From Octopus vulgaris (lineage: Eukaryota): 64,000 bases of DNA. The number at the start of each line of letters is the position of its first letter. Position 1 is the first letter of the stretch. The notes beneath the pieces were generated by a model. It did no database searches. It saw only the letters and a list, made by a program, of their open reading frames with translations, and was not told where the DNA came from. This document shows positions 24,039 through 37,544 of the stretch, one piece after another. Position numbers and translations under genes: made by a program. The stretch covers positions 141,174,001 through 141,238,000 of the forward strand of contig OX597816.1 in NCBI GenBank assembly GCA_951406725.2, in the 5' to 3' direction.

Positions 24039-24208
24039 GTAGCAATCCTATTATCTCCTGTCAATGATGCTGGATAGGAGATACATCCACTAGATTCCCC
24101 AGCCAAATGAGATCGTTGAGCAAGATTCTTCCCATCTTCTTCATCATCTTCAACTTCACACGGATTTTTCCGTCTTCCACCAGAGCTCTCTTGCTGAGGG
24201 TGCGCCAT
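24039..24208 (-). CDS. RB1: RB1-like first coding exon, 170 bp (MAHPQQESSGGRRKNPCEVEDDEEDGKNLAQRSHLAGESSGCISYPASLTGDNRIA)
   Basis: ATG in good context (acaATGG), open frame, donor gtaagt in phase 2 matching the downstream exon. Acidic low-complexity N-terminus like human exon 1; lies in a CpG-retaining region. Confidence 0.75.
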
Positions 24209-26200
24209 TGTATTTAGCCCTTTTTTTCTCTATAGATGCAACGATTTATTCTCAATTTTGGCTGGCTGTACTCAGAGCTTGCTTCAAATGAATTAAAAAT
24301 AAACCGAAATGAGAAAATGAGAACTGAATCAAGCAAAAATAAAGAGAAAATATTTCTCAAGTGAATAGATAAACATACTGAGTTGTACTACTTACTAGTA
24401 GTAAGTACAATGGCCGAGACAAAATGTCTTTAAACAAAATCCTAAAGGTGTTGCCGACCCGTTTAAGTTTATAAATATTCCTTAATGTAGTTAAAGTATA
24501 TAGCAGTAAAATTTTGAATAATTAAATGTAATCTATTTACTGATCATCAACTATATACTTTTCATAATTCTAAGTCAGATAATTAGACACAGATGTAGTA
24601 GGCACTCACTCGCAAAACTTTAGTGTGTACGTGAAAAATTAGAGTTAATGATAAATAAGAAAATTGAATGATCAATAATACCATATATAATAATTGATCG
24701 GCAGATCTACTTAGTGACCCACCCTGATCAGATATGCTAAAATGGACTTGTACCACAACGGTTACAAACAGATTCGTTCAGAGAGTATTTTCTTGGCTAC
24801 TTCTTTCCATTAATCAATAGGTTTTCGCCTTGAAATATCATTTAAATTCAAATTAATCTAGGCAGGTATTTCCAGTAATTAGGTGATCTTAGATCTCCAT
24901 TTTGTGCTTAACCTGTATATATAGAAAGAGAAAGAGTTGAAGGCAACACAGTAAAGGTTGTTATTAAGTGGCGGATAAAAGGAATTAAGGAGCACAGAAA
25001 TTGTAAAAGAAAATGTAAATATTACAATAACAAGAAGAGGTTAAATATAAGTTAATAACCTTTAGTATGTGTTTTTGTTTAGTATTTTTTAAGACGACGC
25101 GATTTGAAAGATCCGTAATGTGAAATTAGTTGTAAGTTATCAACGAAGATACGGAAGAAGTTCGCTAAACCACTAAAAAATTATATATAATAGTAATTTG
25201 ATAATGTTCTTCCTTTTTTTATAACAGAAGCAATGATTATAAGTTTGCTCTTAGTGAGTGTGAAATGTAGGCAAGCAAACCCAATGGATCTAGAGAGCGA
25301 AGGAAAGAAAATAGAACGGAAGAGAAAAAAGGCGGGTAATGCTGTCAGGAAGACTACGAGTCCAGAGTGATTAGAGCAGTGATTAGAGAAAAGTTTTGAA
25401 GTTGAACAGAAATAATTAATTAAACTGGAGAAATATCTAATGTAGCTCGTTAAAAATATTTAATAATGATAAGGAGAAAAAAACAGTGAAGAGAATTTCT
25501 AAATGAATAACTCTTCGAACTGAATGAAGTTTGCTTGTATTTCTTCTGCTACCTTGACCTTCGCTACATGCCGATTAGTTTCCCTATTGGGTGGCCTTGA
25601 CCTTCGGTTCACTGCTGAAAACCGGACGGTGAAAAGGGAAAATAGTCTCCTATTCACAACTTTGTCGTCTATTACTTGTTTCAAAGACGTATAAACTGTA
25701 TTTTTTTTTAATTACTTGTAAAGAAATAACTATCGCTTCTTAATTTCCTAATTTTCAAAAATAGGGCGTCAGATGATTGCTTTAGATTATCGCATACTAG
25801 TTAGATGTTTCTGTTTATTCTTGGTATCTTGCTTAAACTAATTAATTTATTGATTTTCCACACAAATCTGCTTTCCTTATTGTCATTGTGTTAATAGTTT
25901 TTTTTCACCATCTTTCTTCGTTTTCTCTATTTTCTCAAGAATGCGTTCGCAATATCAATAAATCATACTCATTTCTAATTTAATATATAATGGGCCTATT
26001 AAATATGACGACATATGTAACCTATATGTATTTTTTGTGTGTTTTACACATCTTTGAAGATATAATAAAGATTTATTCACTTTGTGAATAATTGCATGGT
26101 AATTCTGGTTAATTAGCGGGAAATTTTCTACATAGTTGCTTGACCTGTTGAATGTCAAACTAACGAAAGAGCATCTGTGACAACTCGACTAGCAAAAAAT
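24209..26200 (-). promoter_or_regulatory. Putative RB1 promoter / 5' region (CpG-retaining, repeat-poor)
   Basis: CpG is visibly more frequent than in the introns; no SINEs recognised. E2F-type site GCGGGAAA at 26116-26123; paired CCTTGACCTTCG motifs at 25552 and 25595. Confidence 0.55.
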
Positions 26201-26989
26201 AGCAGCCACATATTTAGCAAATGAGATACAGTAGTCTGTTGGTATCATTTTTTTATATAGTAGACATACAAGTAATACTATATACGAACAAATAAAGGAA
26301 TCTGGTCCCTCAAGCAGATAGAAATAGCAGCCATATCTTAAAATACATCCTACAGGCTTCAAATAAGAGCAATTTAGTTTAATATACTCTACGTCTAAAT
26401 AAAAACAATATAGTCACGACTGAAGTGTCTTTAATCATAGGTCAACAGAAATAAATCCAACCTGGAGGGAAACAATAACGTGTTAGATATAGGAGCTAAA
26501 TTTATCTTAAATATGTCCTATATCTCCGAAAAGGGAACTACCAATGACCACATAAAAAAAAAACTAAGGATAGTATGTCTACAATAAAGATGGAGATGAA
26601 CGTGATTTAGAGGCTATTCCAATGAAGTCAAAACAGTTATTTTATTAGAGGACATTCTATCAGTTTCCCTAACTGTCAGTGTATGTGAGTGTAAGCCGAA
26701 AAAAATGGAGCAAATCATTTTCTCTGACGCTACACATACATTCTTTTTATAACTTAATCTCAATAGAAAAATAAGTACTTAAGATATATGCAGGACATCT
26801 AAGACAGTAGAGAAAGGAAGAAAACGCACGACTCATAGGTTTGTACATTAGGAAACAACACCTCGAAATATGAAGTTATTCTCAGACTACATGAGATCTG
26901 GACAAAACATTTATTACAGAGCTAACTTCACTGAAAGCACTCAAGGACTATGGTGTGCCCCTTATATAAAACCGAATAGTGGGTAGGAA

Positions 26990-27800
26990 AGAAGACAGAA
27001 TCCTGCTACCACTAGGGAGATGGTCATGCTTGATATATAGAAAAGTAAGTAAAAATTCCATGGTGTGTATCCAGTGTAAACCATGGATACACGAGATGAA
27101 GTGGGATCATAGGTGGGCTAACAGAAAAGGTAAATTTCACAGGTAGCAGGCACATAGGAGTAGTAAAAGCATACATGAAACAGACTCCCTTCGATGCTCA
27201 GGAAGCTCTCTAGAAGTAGTTGGTAGCTTCTGTTATTTGAGGACCAGATTCTTTTCTACTCAAGGCACAAGGCCTGAAATTTTGGGGGAGGGGGCCAGTC
27301 GATTAGATCGACCCCAGTATGCAACTGGTACTTTATCGCCACTGAAAGGATGAAAGGCAAAGTCAAGCTCAGCGGAATTTGAACTCGGAACATAAAGACA
27401 GACGAAATGCCACTAAGCATTTCACCCGGCGTGCTAACATTTCTGCCAGCTTGAGGACCAGATTGACAGAAGATGAGAGGCATTGTGAAAGCAGAATAGC
27501 TAGAGTAAAAATTTACTGGAAAAAGTTTGGGGAACTGTTATCTCTACTTGCAACAAAGGGTTTCTGTCTCTCAGAGTAAAGGGCAGATTGTATAATGTTT
27601 GTGTATGAAATGCAATGCTACATGGTAGTGAGGTGTGGGTATTGAATGGTGAGTATTTGTAAAAATAGAAAGAAATGAAGCGGGTGTACTCCACTCAATG
27701 TGCCATACAAGTGTGCATGAATGTTGGAGCACAAAGAAACAGAAAAACTGAACAAAAGAAGACATGTAATGAACAAGAGAAACAATTGTGTTGGTCTGGA
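26990..27800 (+). mobile_element. Decayed RTE LINE fragment interrupted by a SINE
   Basis: ARVKIYWKKFGELLSLLATKGF, then …LYNVCV…AMLHGSEVW remnants. Confidence 0.7.
27251..27450 (-). mobile_element. SINE with Nin-like central domain and 14-bp TSD
   Basis: TSD ttgaggaccagatt at 27237-27250 and 27451-27464. Minus strand contains gcctttcatcctttc…gataaagtaccagtt. Confidence 0.85.
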
Positions 27801-29949
27801 TATGAAGATTAACCTACCTATGGCAAAATGGATGTTAAAATTGTGTATATATAAAGATATGCATAAGTATCTTTAGGTATATGTATGTGCATGTATATAT
27901 GTATATGTCTGTATATATACATATACACATAATTCAGCTTTTTATTTGCCTACACAGCAACTCCAGTTGCTAACCATGAACTATAAAATAACATTTTTCA
28001 GCTTATCAAGTTTTTGATATGGGAAAAATTTACAACCTTCTATGTCAATAAACCACTATTGTTCCAGAAAGTTGCTTTTTATAACTTCTACAGGCCACTG
28101 AAAACTTACTAGCTTCCTACACCTTGATCCTTAAATAACATAATGCAGTATATATATCATCATCATTTAATGTCCGCTTTCCATGCTGGCATGAGTTGGA
28201 CTGTTTGACTGAAAATTGGTAAGCCAGTGGGCTTCACCAAGTTCCAATCTGATGTGTGTGTGTGTGCATACATCACTGACATCATTGGTAGCGTGTCACC
28301 TCTAACACTCTTATCACTCATCTCTTCTATTGCATATCACTCTCGTCACTCATCTATCTGCCACCCATAACTTTATCATTCATGCTCATCTCTCAATCGC
28401 ACTGTACTACACTGTTTATGGCTGCAGATAGCAGTGAATCTCTTCTATTCACCATACATTGCTTTCAGTATAATTAGGGATGCATTAAGATGGACCTTTT
28501 ACCAACATACTACCTCTGCATCTCTCATCCTCATTTTTGCTCTCTCACCCAGCTCAAGGTATATGCAAAACAGACCGCATCAGATGTACATGTACTCCAT
28601 ACACTCTACCTATATTCCTCAACTCTAGCCATTTGATATTAACATTCATCATTTATGTTCACCTCTTACTATCCATCACTCTCTCAACCTATCCTCTCAA
28701 GAGCTAATGCCTTGATAAAATGTTCCAATGCACTGTTCTAAGCATGAGGTTGAGTGGGTCTTTTTTGTTTTGTCTCTGTTGCTGGTACCATGAAAAAATG
28801 CACCTAGTACATTGTTCTTATGGGGCAATGATTTTGTTTGTTTTTTTTAGATTATCAATACTTGTCACTTGATGAGTGACTACAAGAGTTATCCAACCTG
28901 GTTTTAGCATGCTAGTTCTTTTTTAGGTTGTATTTATTTCTATGACTTTAGTCTAGTGATTTTTTTTTTTTTTAATCAAAGATTTATTTCATGACGCATC
29001 ATTAGTAAGTTAAAAGGATATTAATAGGCTACATATACAAATTTGTTGTTTTGCAAACTTATCTCCCTCTCTCTTTTTCTGTTATTGCTATCCTATCCCA
29101 ATTCTATCCCCAGATAACCCTGTCCATTATACTTCCCCACCAAATTCTCTCTCCTTCCATCTCCCCCAAATTTTGGCACATCTCATATCTTTTCTCTTTC
29201 CCCCATTATTCTCCTCTTCAGTCACTTCAGCAAATACTCATTTCTGAGGTTACTGAGAACTCTCTGCAATTAACACTCCTATCTTCCCCTCCTAAATGCC
29301 CTTTCTACTGTCATTGCTCTCCCTTCTCAGTCTACACATCTGAGGTGACTGAGTATTTTTTTACATTTACTGTGTACAAGACATCCCATCTCTAACTATG
29401 GTGCTATGGCAGAATCTGTTGCCCTCTCTCTGCAACTGAATGGTGAACAAGGCTCCCTCCTTGGTGCTGGTGCCATGAAAATTAGCCCAGAACACACTGT
29501 GTAGTGATAGGCAAATCAGCAGGGAAAGTGTAAGGGTTATAAGGTTCTTTTATAATCTTGCTTTATCAAGGACTATACATCTCTAGCGTTGTACCCAGTA
29601 CAATGAGTTCTGTGGACATAGGAAAGGCATAGAAACCTACAAATCAACTCACATGACATATCTGAGCAATAGTCTTTAGAAGCAGTAGTTCTCAATAAGA
29701 AATGTCTTGGATCATGATGACCCTTTCAGCTCATGCTAGCATGGAAAGTGGACATATGATGATGATGATAAATGACTCTCAACCATGTGGTTTCAGATTC
29801 AGTCCCACTATGTGACATCTTGGGCAAGTGTCTTCCAATGCCGTGAGTGAATTTCATTAATGAAAAATTTTCCTTCAAACATGTATCTAAAAAATTTCAT
29901 CAACCAAATTAATTTGCTAACATTATGGGGTCAGTCATAGACTAATTTA

Positions 29950-30370
29950 TAATAATGGTTTCTAATTTTGGCTAACAATTTTAATGGAAGGAAGCAGGTC
30001 GATACCCTCAACCCCAGTACTCGACTGACACTTTATCAACCCCAAAGGAGAGGCAAAGTTGAACTTGCTGAAATTTACCATGGAGAACCGGAAGAAATGC
30101 TAGTACACATTTTTCCTGATTCTTAAGATTCTGTCAATCCCCCACCCTTGACAAACATAATAATTCTTTCTTATTTTAGCACAAGGCCAGCAATTTTGAG
30201 GGGAGTGTACATTGACCCCAGTGCTCAATTGGTACTTATTTTATTGGCTCTGAAAAGATGAAATGCGCTATTGACCTCAGTAGAATTTGAACTCATGACA
30301 TAAAGCTGGATGAAATGTAACTAACCATTTTATCCAGTGTGCTAACTATTCTCCTAGCTTGTCACTTTTG
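29950..30370 (-). mobile_element. Two tandem diverged Nin-like SINE copies
   Basis: Each has ccccagt…tttat…aaag…aatttgaactc, similar to 27251-27450. Confidence 0.6.
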
Positions 30371-30391
30371 ATCAAATTAAAAATTTTTTTT

Positions 30392-30780
30392 AGGCATAGC
30401 TGTGTAGTAAGAAGCTTGCTTCTCAACCACATGGTTGTGGGTTCAGTCCCACTGCATGACACCTTGGACAAGTGCCTTCTACTATAGCCTCAGGCCAACC
30501 AAAAGCTTATGAGTGAATTTGGCAGACAGAAACTGAAAGAATTCCATTGTACATATGTATATGTGTTCGCCCCCCCCCCCACCACCACCACTACTCACCA
30601 CTGCTTGACAAATGGTGTTGGTGTGCTTGCATCCCTGTAACTTAGCAGTTCAGCAAAGAGACCTGCTAGAATAAGTACTAGGCTTAAAAATAAGTCCTGG
30701 GGTTGAACTGTTTGACAAAAACACTTCAAGGCAGTGCTCCAGCATGGCCGCAGTCAAATGATTGAAATGGTTAAAAGATA
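30392..30780 (+). mobile_element. tRNA-derived SINE
   Basis: Similar to 2027-2421. Confidence 0.8.
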
Positions 30781-31299
30781 AAAATATAAATAAAAAAGGG
30801 TTCAACACCTATAGATCTGAAGAAATGACTTCTGTACATGTACAACTGATTTTCCAGAACTTGGTCCCAAGGCTTTTCTAGATTAGTCTTTTTCCAAACC
30901 ACTGAGTGATCATCTTTGTCAACTCACTCTAAATTAAACAAATATTAAATTGATAGCATGTTGTCAACTTAATGTGGCAGTCCCATGAAAAGGAAGAGTG
31001 CTACTGTTATAATGCACATTAACCATTTCATTTATCATGTGAAAGCCTACCTAGTTCACATCTTATTTAACAAGTTTGATTGCTGGTTTTCATTTAACTA
31101 GCTGTATAAACTTCAATACCAAAATGATAATGAATGGATAACATTTGCTGATAAAATGTGATGAGATCAACAGATGACTTTGTCAATACATGACAAGATA
31201 ATCAGCTGAGATATCAACAGTCTGTAACCTGATACCTACAGTGTTGTACCCTACATAACAACAGTTGAATTCGGCAAGAGCTAAGTACCTTCTTAGTAA

Positions 31300-31510
31300 T
31301 AGATTAATTTCAAATTTCAGTTCAAGGTCAGCAATTTCAGGGGATGAAGTAAGTTGATTACACTAACCACAGTGCTCAACTGGTACTTATTTTATCAACC
31401 TCAAAGAATGAAAGGTGAAGTCAACCGTGGAAGAATTTGAACTCAGAACATGAAGATGAATGAAATAATGCAGAGCATTTTGCCCAGGATGCTAATGATT
31501 CTGCTGGTAA
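31300..31510 (-). mobile_element. Nin-like SINE, diverged
   Basis: cagtgctcaactggtacttattttatcaacc…gaatttgaactcagaac. Confidence 0.65.
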
Positions 31511-31849
31511 TGTAGATGTAAATTTTGGTTCATTTGTTCATGTTGCATCTAATTTTCCATGCTGCCATGGGTTGGCTGGAAACTTGAGACAATATTTTGC
31601 AGTTAGATACACTTCTCTTCACAACACTTACCTGTTCGAAAACATGCAAAATGAAAGTTCCCTTATTTGAATCCATTTTGCAAGTAAGGAATTTTCATCC
31701 TGCAGGTCTTCAAAAGCACAGAGTTACAGGATGTAATGCTTATAAAGAATGTAAGCATGACATCAATGCTTTACTCAGTGTCATGTAGAGATGCAGAATG
31801 TCAACATTCATGCATACACACACACAATGTGTGCATGTGTATAACGAAA

Positions 31850-31896
<47 letters not shown>

Positions 31897-32142
31897 TTGC
31901 TTGCTTCATGAGGCTGGTTAGTGGTCTCTGAGACATCATGGGTAGTGCTGACCAGTGTTCTCCATTGCTGGTGGTCATGTACCAGCCCTTCTGCATCCTC
32001 CAAGGTGATGTTGAGCCTCTAAAGATCTTCCCCAATCACATCCAGCTATCTGTATGTGTTGTATCAGAGTACCAACCAGCATACGCAACCCTAACCTCTG
32101 AACATAGGGTTTGAATGCCATGAATTTCTTTCAAGCAATTAA

Positions 32143-32294
32143 CCCTTTCATATTTAAACCAGCCATATCTGGCCCAAATATTCTACCTGTTTTATGTTCA
32201 AACTTGTCAGATCTGGCCTGTCACACCTATCCTACAATATCATTCTAAAAATAAACAAGTATTACATTTGAAGAGTAATCTGAATGCTAAAGGG
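32143..32294. mobile_element. TTAA MITE, family A (internally deleted)
   Basis: TTAA-cccttt…aatgctaaaggg-TTAA. Confidence 0.8.
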
Positions 32295-35200
32295 TTAAAC
32301 AAATTTTTGACAACCAGTACATTGTCTGTCAAACCTATCTTTCCAACTTAATTTATTTTTCCATTTTATTGTCATTTGTATCCATTTACATTCCTTATTT
32401 TCTTTGTTTTAGCTCATTCCTGAACCCATTTAACTGTTCTCTTCAAAGTTTGATTCATTTTACTCCAAGGGCCTACTCTTAGGTGTGCAGCCGTGTCTTT
32501 ACAGCTGTCTCACCTACACTGTGGTATATTTGTTTGGTCATATTTTAAAAAATTATGTGTTATTTTTCCTTCTCTCTCCCCTATCATTGGTTGGATTAAG
32601 ATTCATGTACATATAAAAAGAAAGTTGATTTCACAAATTGTATTTCAACATATCAATTACATCAACTTCAGTATTCAACTGAAGGTTCATTAAGAAAAGA
32701 AAAATAAATACTTATTTCTGGATTTTAATGACTTATCTACTATTCACACAGACAAAATCCAAACAGCTCAAAAAGAATAGGCTTCAATTCCGGAAAAACC
32801 CTGATGATATTCCAGTCATGGTCAGTTGTTAATCCACTACAATAATCAAAAAAAAAAAATCCACCTTATAGTACAGCTCACATATCTGAGTTGTTGATGC
32901 TGGTTGCTGTATACACAAATATAAACAACCAAACTGCCATTTAAATTATTAAAAAAAAGAAATTGACACACAAATATACGAGTATTGACTCATGTGAGCA
33001 ATGTTTCTTATCTCTGATCTTATAAATTTGCTATCTGCATTCACATCTCTCTTCCTACTATATCTCATTTTCTACATCACACACCTGTCCCTCATTACTA
33101 ACCCATCAGAGTTACAAATTTCAGGAATTCTATTCATACATCTGTCTTGCTAATAGCAGATATTCAGACTGAACATCAACTACTTTGAACTCATCAAAAG
33201 TTGAGTGCTAGTTCTCCTCTGACTAACTATAAAATACCAAAATACCTCAAGTGTCACTTGGAGGGTCTTTCTGAACATATCCAAATATTTTTCCTAGAAT
33301 TTGTTGCCTTAACTTCAGACTAACTTTGTATATGCATTCTTGTTTGAGAAGATTTTATTTCATAAGATGGTTCCATTACTTTGTAAGCAATTTAAGTGAA
33401 TTACCTCTTAATGACGGATGAAATTTTAAGGTTTCATACTTGTTTTTTAATGTATTTTCAGTATGTTGTAACAATATCATGCTTTCATTTATCTATCTGG
33501 AAACACAGGGCAATTCAACAGCCTTTAATGTAATTAATTTGATGGTATTCTTTTTATGTTTTCTACAGCCAAATGATCCTTGATTGAATGATACAACCAC
33601 TACCACTAACAAATGATATTTCTAACTCTATTAAAAAGTGTAGGTGTGATGCAGAATATATATAGCAAGACATAGTATTCAATGTGGGAGATCTGTAAGA
33701 GAAACGAGTTATGTGCAATATGGGTGTGAAATTTTGGTACAAAGCCAGCAATTGACCCTTTACATTGACCCTGAATCCAAAAAGATGAAAAGTAAAGCTG
33801 ACCTTGGAGGGATTTAAACTCAAAACATCATGCAGGTGGCAAATTGGCATGCTAACAATTCTGCCAATTTTCCACCTTCAAGTTAGGTGCAATATTAACT
33901 GACATCTAATATGGAGCAATAGGAAGATGAAACAATCATTGGGAGTTAAGGGGATTTGATATGTGCAGAAGCAGCTACACTGTATGATATATAATGCAGG
34001 TGGATAGAACTGGCAGTGGGAAAAAAAATTCTGTGTACTGATAGTGAAAAGGACCTATGTCAGAGAAAGACCAAGAAAGAATTATCATTTCTTAACAGGA
34101 ACTTGTGTCAAATGTCTACATTGATATATCAGACTTCCTTTCACTCTTAAGTATCCATCAACCAACTTAAATTTTTTGATGTATCCCCACAGACAGAGCT
34201 TGTTGAATGATTCATGCATTACTAGCAAACATTGTTATCCAGCAGCAATCACTAGCAATAGTTGGATGATCCTTCATTAGTCTCTTGGTATGCTACGTAC
34301 ATCAAGCAGTAACAGTAGTTGTAACCAGGTGATTAGGTCACACTGATCCTTCTGCAGACTGAAGTCTTTAGCTGGCAGCAGGTGAGCCTATTTATATGAG
34401 GTGTTATTGCAGCCTAGATACAGAAAGCGGTAGCATAACTCTAATGTTAGGTGCTGCTACTGAACCCTAACTGAACATGTTATCTACTCAATAGGGCTAA
34501 CTGTTAAAAACTAGATTTCTTTGATTTATGAATTTATAAATAAAACTAATTACAATTCTTTTATTCGAACTAAAATGATATGCTGTATTGATTTATTCAA
34601 TATGTTTGGTTGGGGCTAGTGGCACAGATCTAGACTAGATATTACTTTTATTGGTTTCAGTTACTGGATTGTAGCTATGTTGGGGTGTTGCCTTCAAGTT
34701 TAAGTTGGTGTTTAATATTTAGTTGATATATTATAGACCAGTCATGGGAAAACTGCAGCCAGTGAGACTTTCTGAATGGCTCAGCAACAAAAAAATCACC
34801 TTGAATTCTTTTTTAGTAGTGTGGCTTGCCTTTTTGAGAAAGGTTATCCATGTCAGTTACTGACTCCCCAGTACTTTGTCCACAAGATTTGGTAGACAAA
34901 ATACAAGGTAGTTTCACTTGATACATTGATATACACATCATTGACATGCAAACACATATGCACATAAGAGAGGATTCTGCATAGTTTTTGTTTACCAAGT
35001 TTCACCTACAATGTGTTGGTCAACCCAAGGTTATGGTAGATGATACTTGCCTAAGGTGCTGTGCAATGGTTACAAAACCAGGAACTATGTCCACATAGGT
35101 ATACCTGATTTATGTTTACTGACACACTAGTTAAAATCACATTGAAATTTGTCTTCTATTCTTCTGGGGATTAATAATTAAGCATTTAGAAACATATAGG

Positions 35201-36021
35201 AATTATTGATATATTTGAGGGTGGAGACACAGTAATGCTTGAAGAAATAACATTTTCACATAAAATGCAGACAAAATGTAATAAAAGTTAATATAAAATT
35301 GTAAGCATAATATGAATAGTGATGAAATCACAATTTTTTTTTTTCAATGTCACATGTTTTTATCCTACATTTCCTATAAAGTTTCATTGATTTCATTTAT
35401 TCAGAAATTTTTTTTGAAGCAAAATAGTCAAGCTAAAAGATAATGTTTATACTTTTTCAGTTGCTACTGAATAGTTCTATGCCATATATCTTAACATTTT
35501 GCCTGCCCAAAGCATTTTCATAAGTTTGTTCTAAATGTCCATGCTTGTTTTTCAGACTTTTAGTTAGCCCATTTCATGTTCTGTATAATATAAAGCATTC
35601 CATTCATAAGTCCCAAGTTATTCTGATGGTTGAAAAAAATTGTGAACATGTATCATATATGATGGAAAAATTTCTGTGTATCACATGTAATACAAGGACC
35701 GGCAAAGGGTTAAAAATATGAAATGATTATGAGCTGTATGAATAGAGAAGAAGAAATATCTGAAAAACAGATAAGTAAAAGATTCTATTATTGGTTTTAT
35801 CTAATGCCTAATAATACAAAACTAGATTTAAGTTTGTTATACATAGTATACTAAGCATGTACCAGGATCATATTAGAAAGGTTTACATTGAAAAAGAACA
35901 CTTATAAGTTAAAGATTTGAAAAAAGTTGAGACAATTAAAGAAAGAAATTTAAAGTGAGCACCTAGCAACAATAAAATTGAATAGAATTATAAATCAAGA
36001 CTTATTCGTAAACAACAATAT

Positions 36022-36027
36022 TTTATT
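36022..36027 (-). terminator. Candidate SUCLA2 polyadenylation signal (AATAAA)
   Basis: AATAAA on the minus strand about 720 nt after the stop codon. A further candidate lies near 35396-35401. Confidence 0.4.
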
Positions 36028-36374
36028 GCATTATATAAATGATGAAATGTTTTCTGAATTCAAAATACCTTTGAGCATGAACAGATCAATCATTCAGAAA
36101 TAAGGTTAGTTGAAAACCATAATAAACTCAACACATTTAAGATAATGGTTTCCTTTTCAAATATATTATTTTAGTAATATTATCAGTACAAAATAATATG
36201 AAAACGTATTTTCCCAACACTCAACAAGGAATGGACATACAATGTAACAAGACATGCACTAATGTTTTCAAATGTATTTGTTTAAAGAAGGCTGTGTTTA
36301 AAGGCAATTAAAATCATTGCAAATTTTGTATATTATTGCTGTAGCAACAATTTTTCTTTGTTGTCTGTATCAAT

Positions 36375-36424
<50 letters not shown>

Positions 36425-36749
36425 TCTGAATGCATGTATTTGTATGTGTGTATATAAATCATTATTGCCTTGGTCAAATAAAATCCAATGAACTATTTGG
36501 ATTTTAAGAGGTAAGATTACATTATTGGTGGTACTTCTATAGAAGAGTATTGCTAATAAATAGCAACTATTGTGTAGTTCTCATAAACCTAGTTTATGAA
36601 GAATTATGTAGATAATCCATTGTATTGTTTTTCAGAAATTGATAGGAGCTGGTGGATTGAGAATCAACTCCTTGACATTATCTATTATTGTCATCTATAA
36701 AGCAAAGACATCTTTGGTTGAAATGGGAAAATTACAAACAATATAAGTT

Positions 36750-36824
36750 TCACAATGGCAACTCAAATTTAACGTCAACAAAAGCTTCTCGGGCAAGACC
36801 GACAATGGTGGACAATCTAACAAT
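36750..36824 (-). CDS. SUCLA2: SUCLA2 last coding exon, 75 bp (IVRLSTIVGLAREAFVDVKFELPL*)
   Basis: Acceptor tttcag, TGA at 36750-36752. The C-terminus matches the ADP-forming beta subunit (human …VDVKFQLPI). Confidence 0.95.
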   Translation of the reverse strand: MVRLSTIVGLAREAFVDVKFELPL

Positions 36825-37544
36825 CTGAAAATAAAAAAAATATATAAACAAATATTAAAGAATCTTTAACAATATTCAGATAGTTTATGCTTAGTAAATT
36901 CAATAACTTTAAATTAATTCTTGCATTCAGTTTTATAATGTATTTTTCCATGCTGGCATGGATTAAAGAAGACTTGCTGAGGCAAATTTTAAATGGTCGA
37001 GTGTTGGCAAGAAGAAGTCCTGTTCTTTCACTAAAACAACAGGACATCTAGCTTTTCAATAACTGTAAACAAGACACTGTTTTTGCATAGATGGTTTTAA
37101 TGGGGACAACTGGAATGACATTCACACACACATTGTATTTATTTGTGTATATATATATATATATATATACTTTAAGTTTGTTTATGTGAAACGTTTTCGA
37201 GTGGGCTCATGAAAAGATCCTATTTCTTCTGGATACCATTTATTATTTCCATATCTCAGAGAGATTTTATGAGATGGTTTTTAGTCTAGTGCAACTATAG
37301 CAAAGGATGAATAAAATAATAAGAACTTTTGGAGGGAAATTTATGAATCCTTTAATACATTTTCTATGTACATTTCCACATATCACGTCTTTTCTAGTTG
37401 CATTTCCCATCCATAGGAAATTACAAATATGATTTGCAATATCCATGGATTTTAAAGGGAGCTATAAGTACATGTATTTGCTTCTTCAGGAAGACAATTG
37501 CACCAAAAGAAATAAACACAAATATATATATATATACATATCAT

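Noticed and set aside
25499-25684. 61-aa minus-strand ORF in the promoter region
   Set aside because: Non-ATG start, no recognisable homology and no convincing splice partners.
26200-36000. A third gene (for example MED4, NUDT15 or ITM2B) or lncRNA between RB1 and SUCLA2
   Set aside because: Only isolated splice-like motifs (for example near 34359-34386) and no coherent coding frame. A non-coding transcript cannot be excluded by eye.
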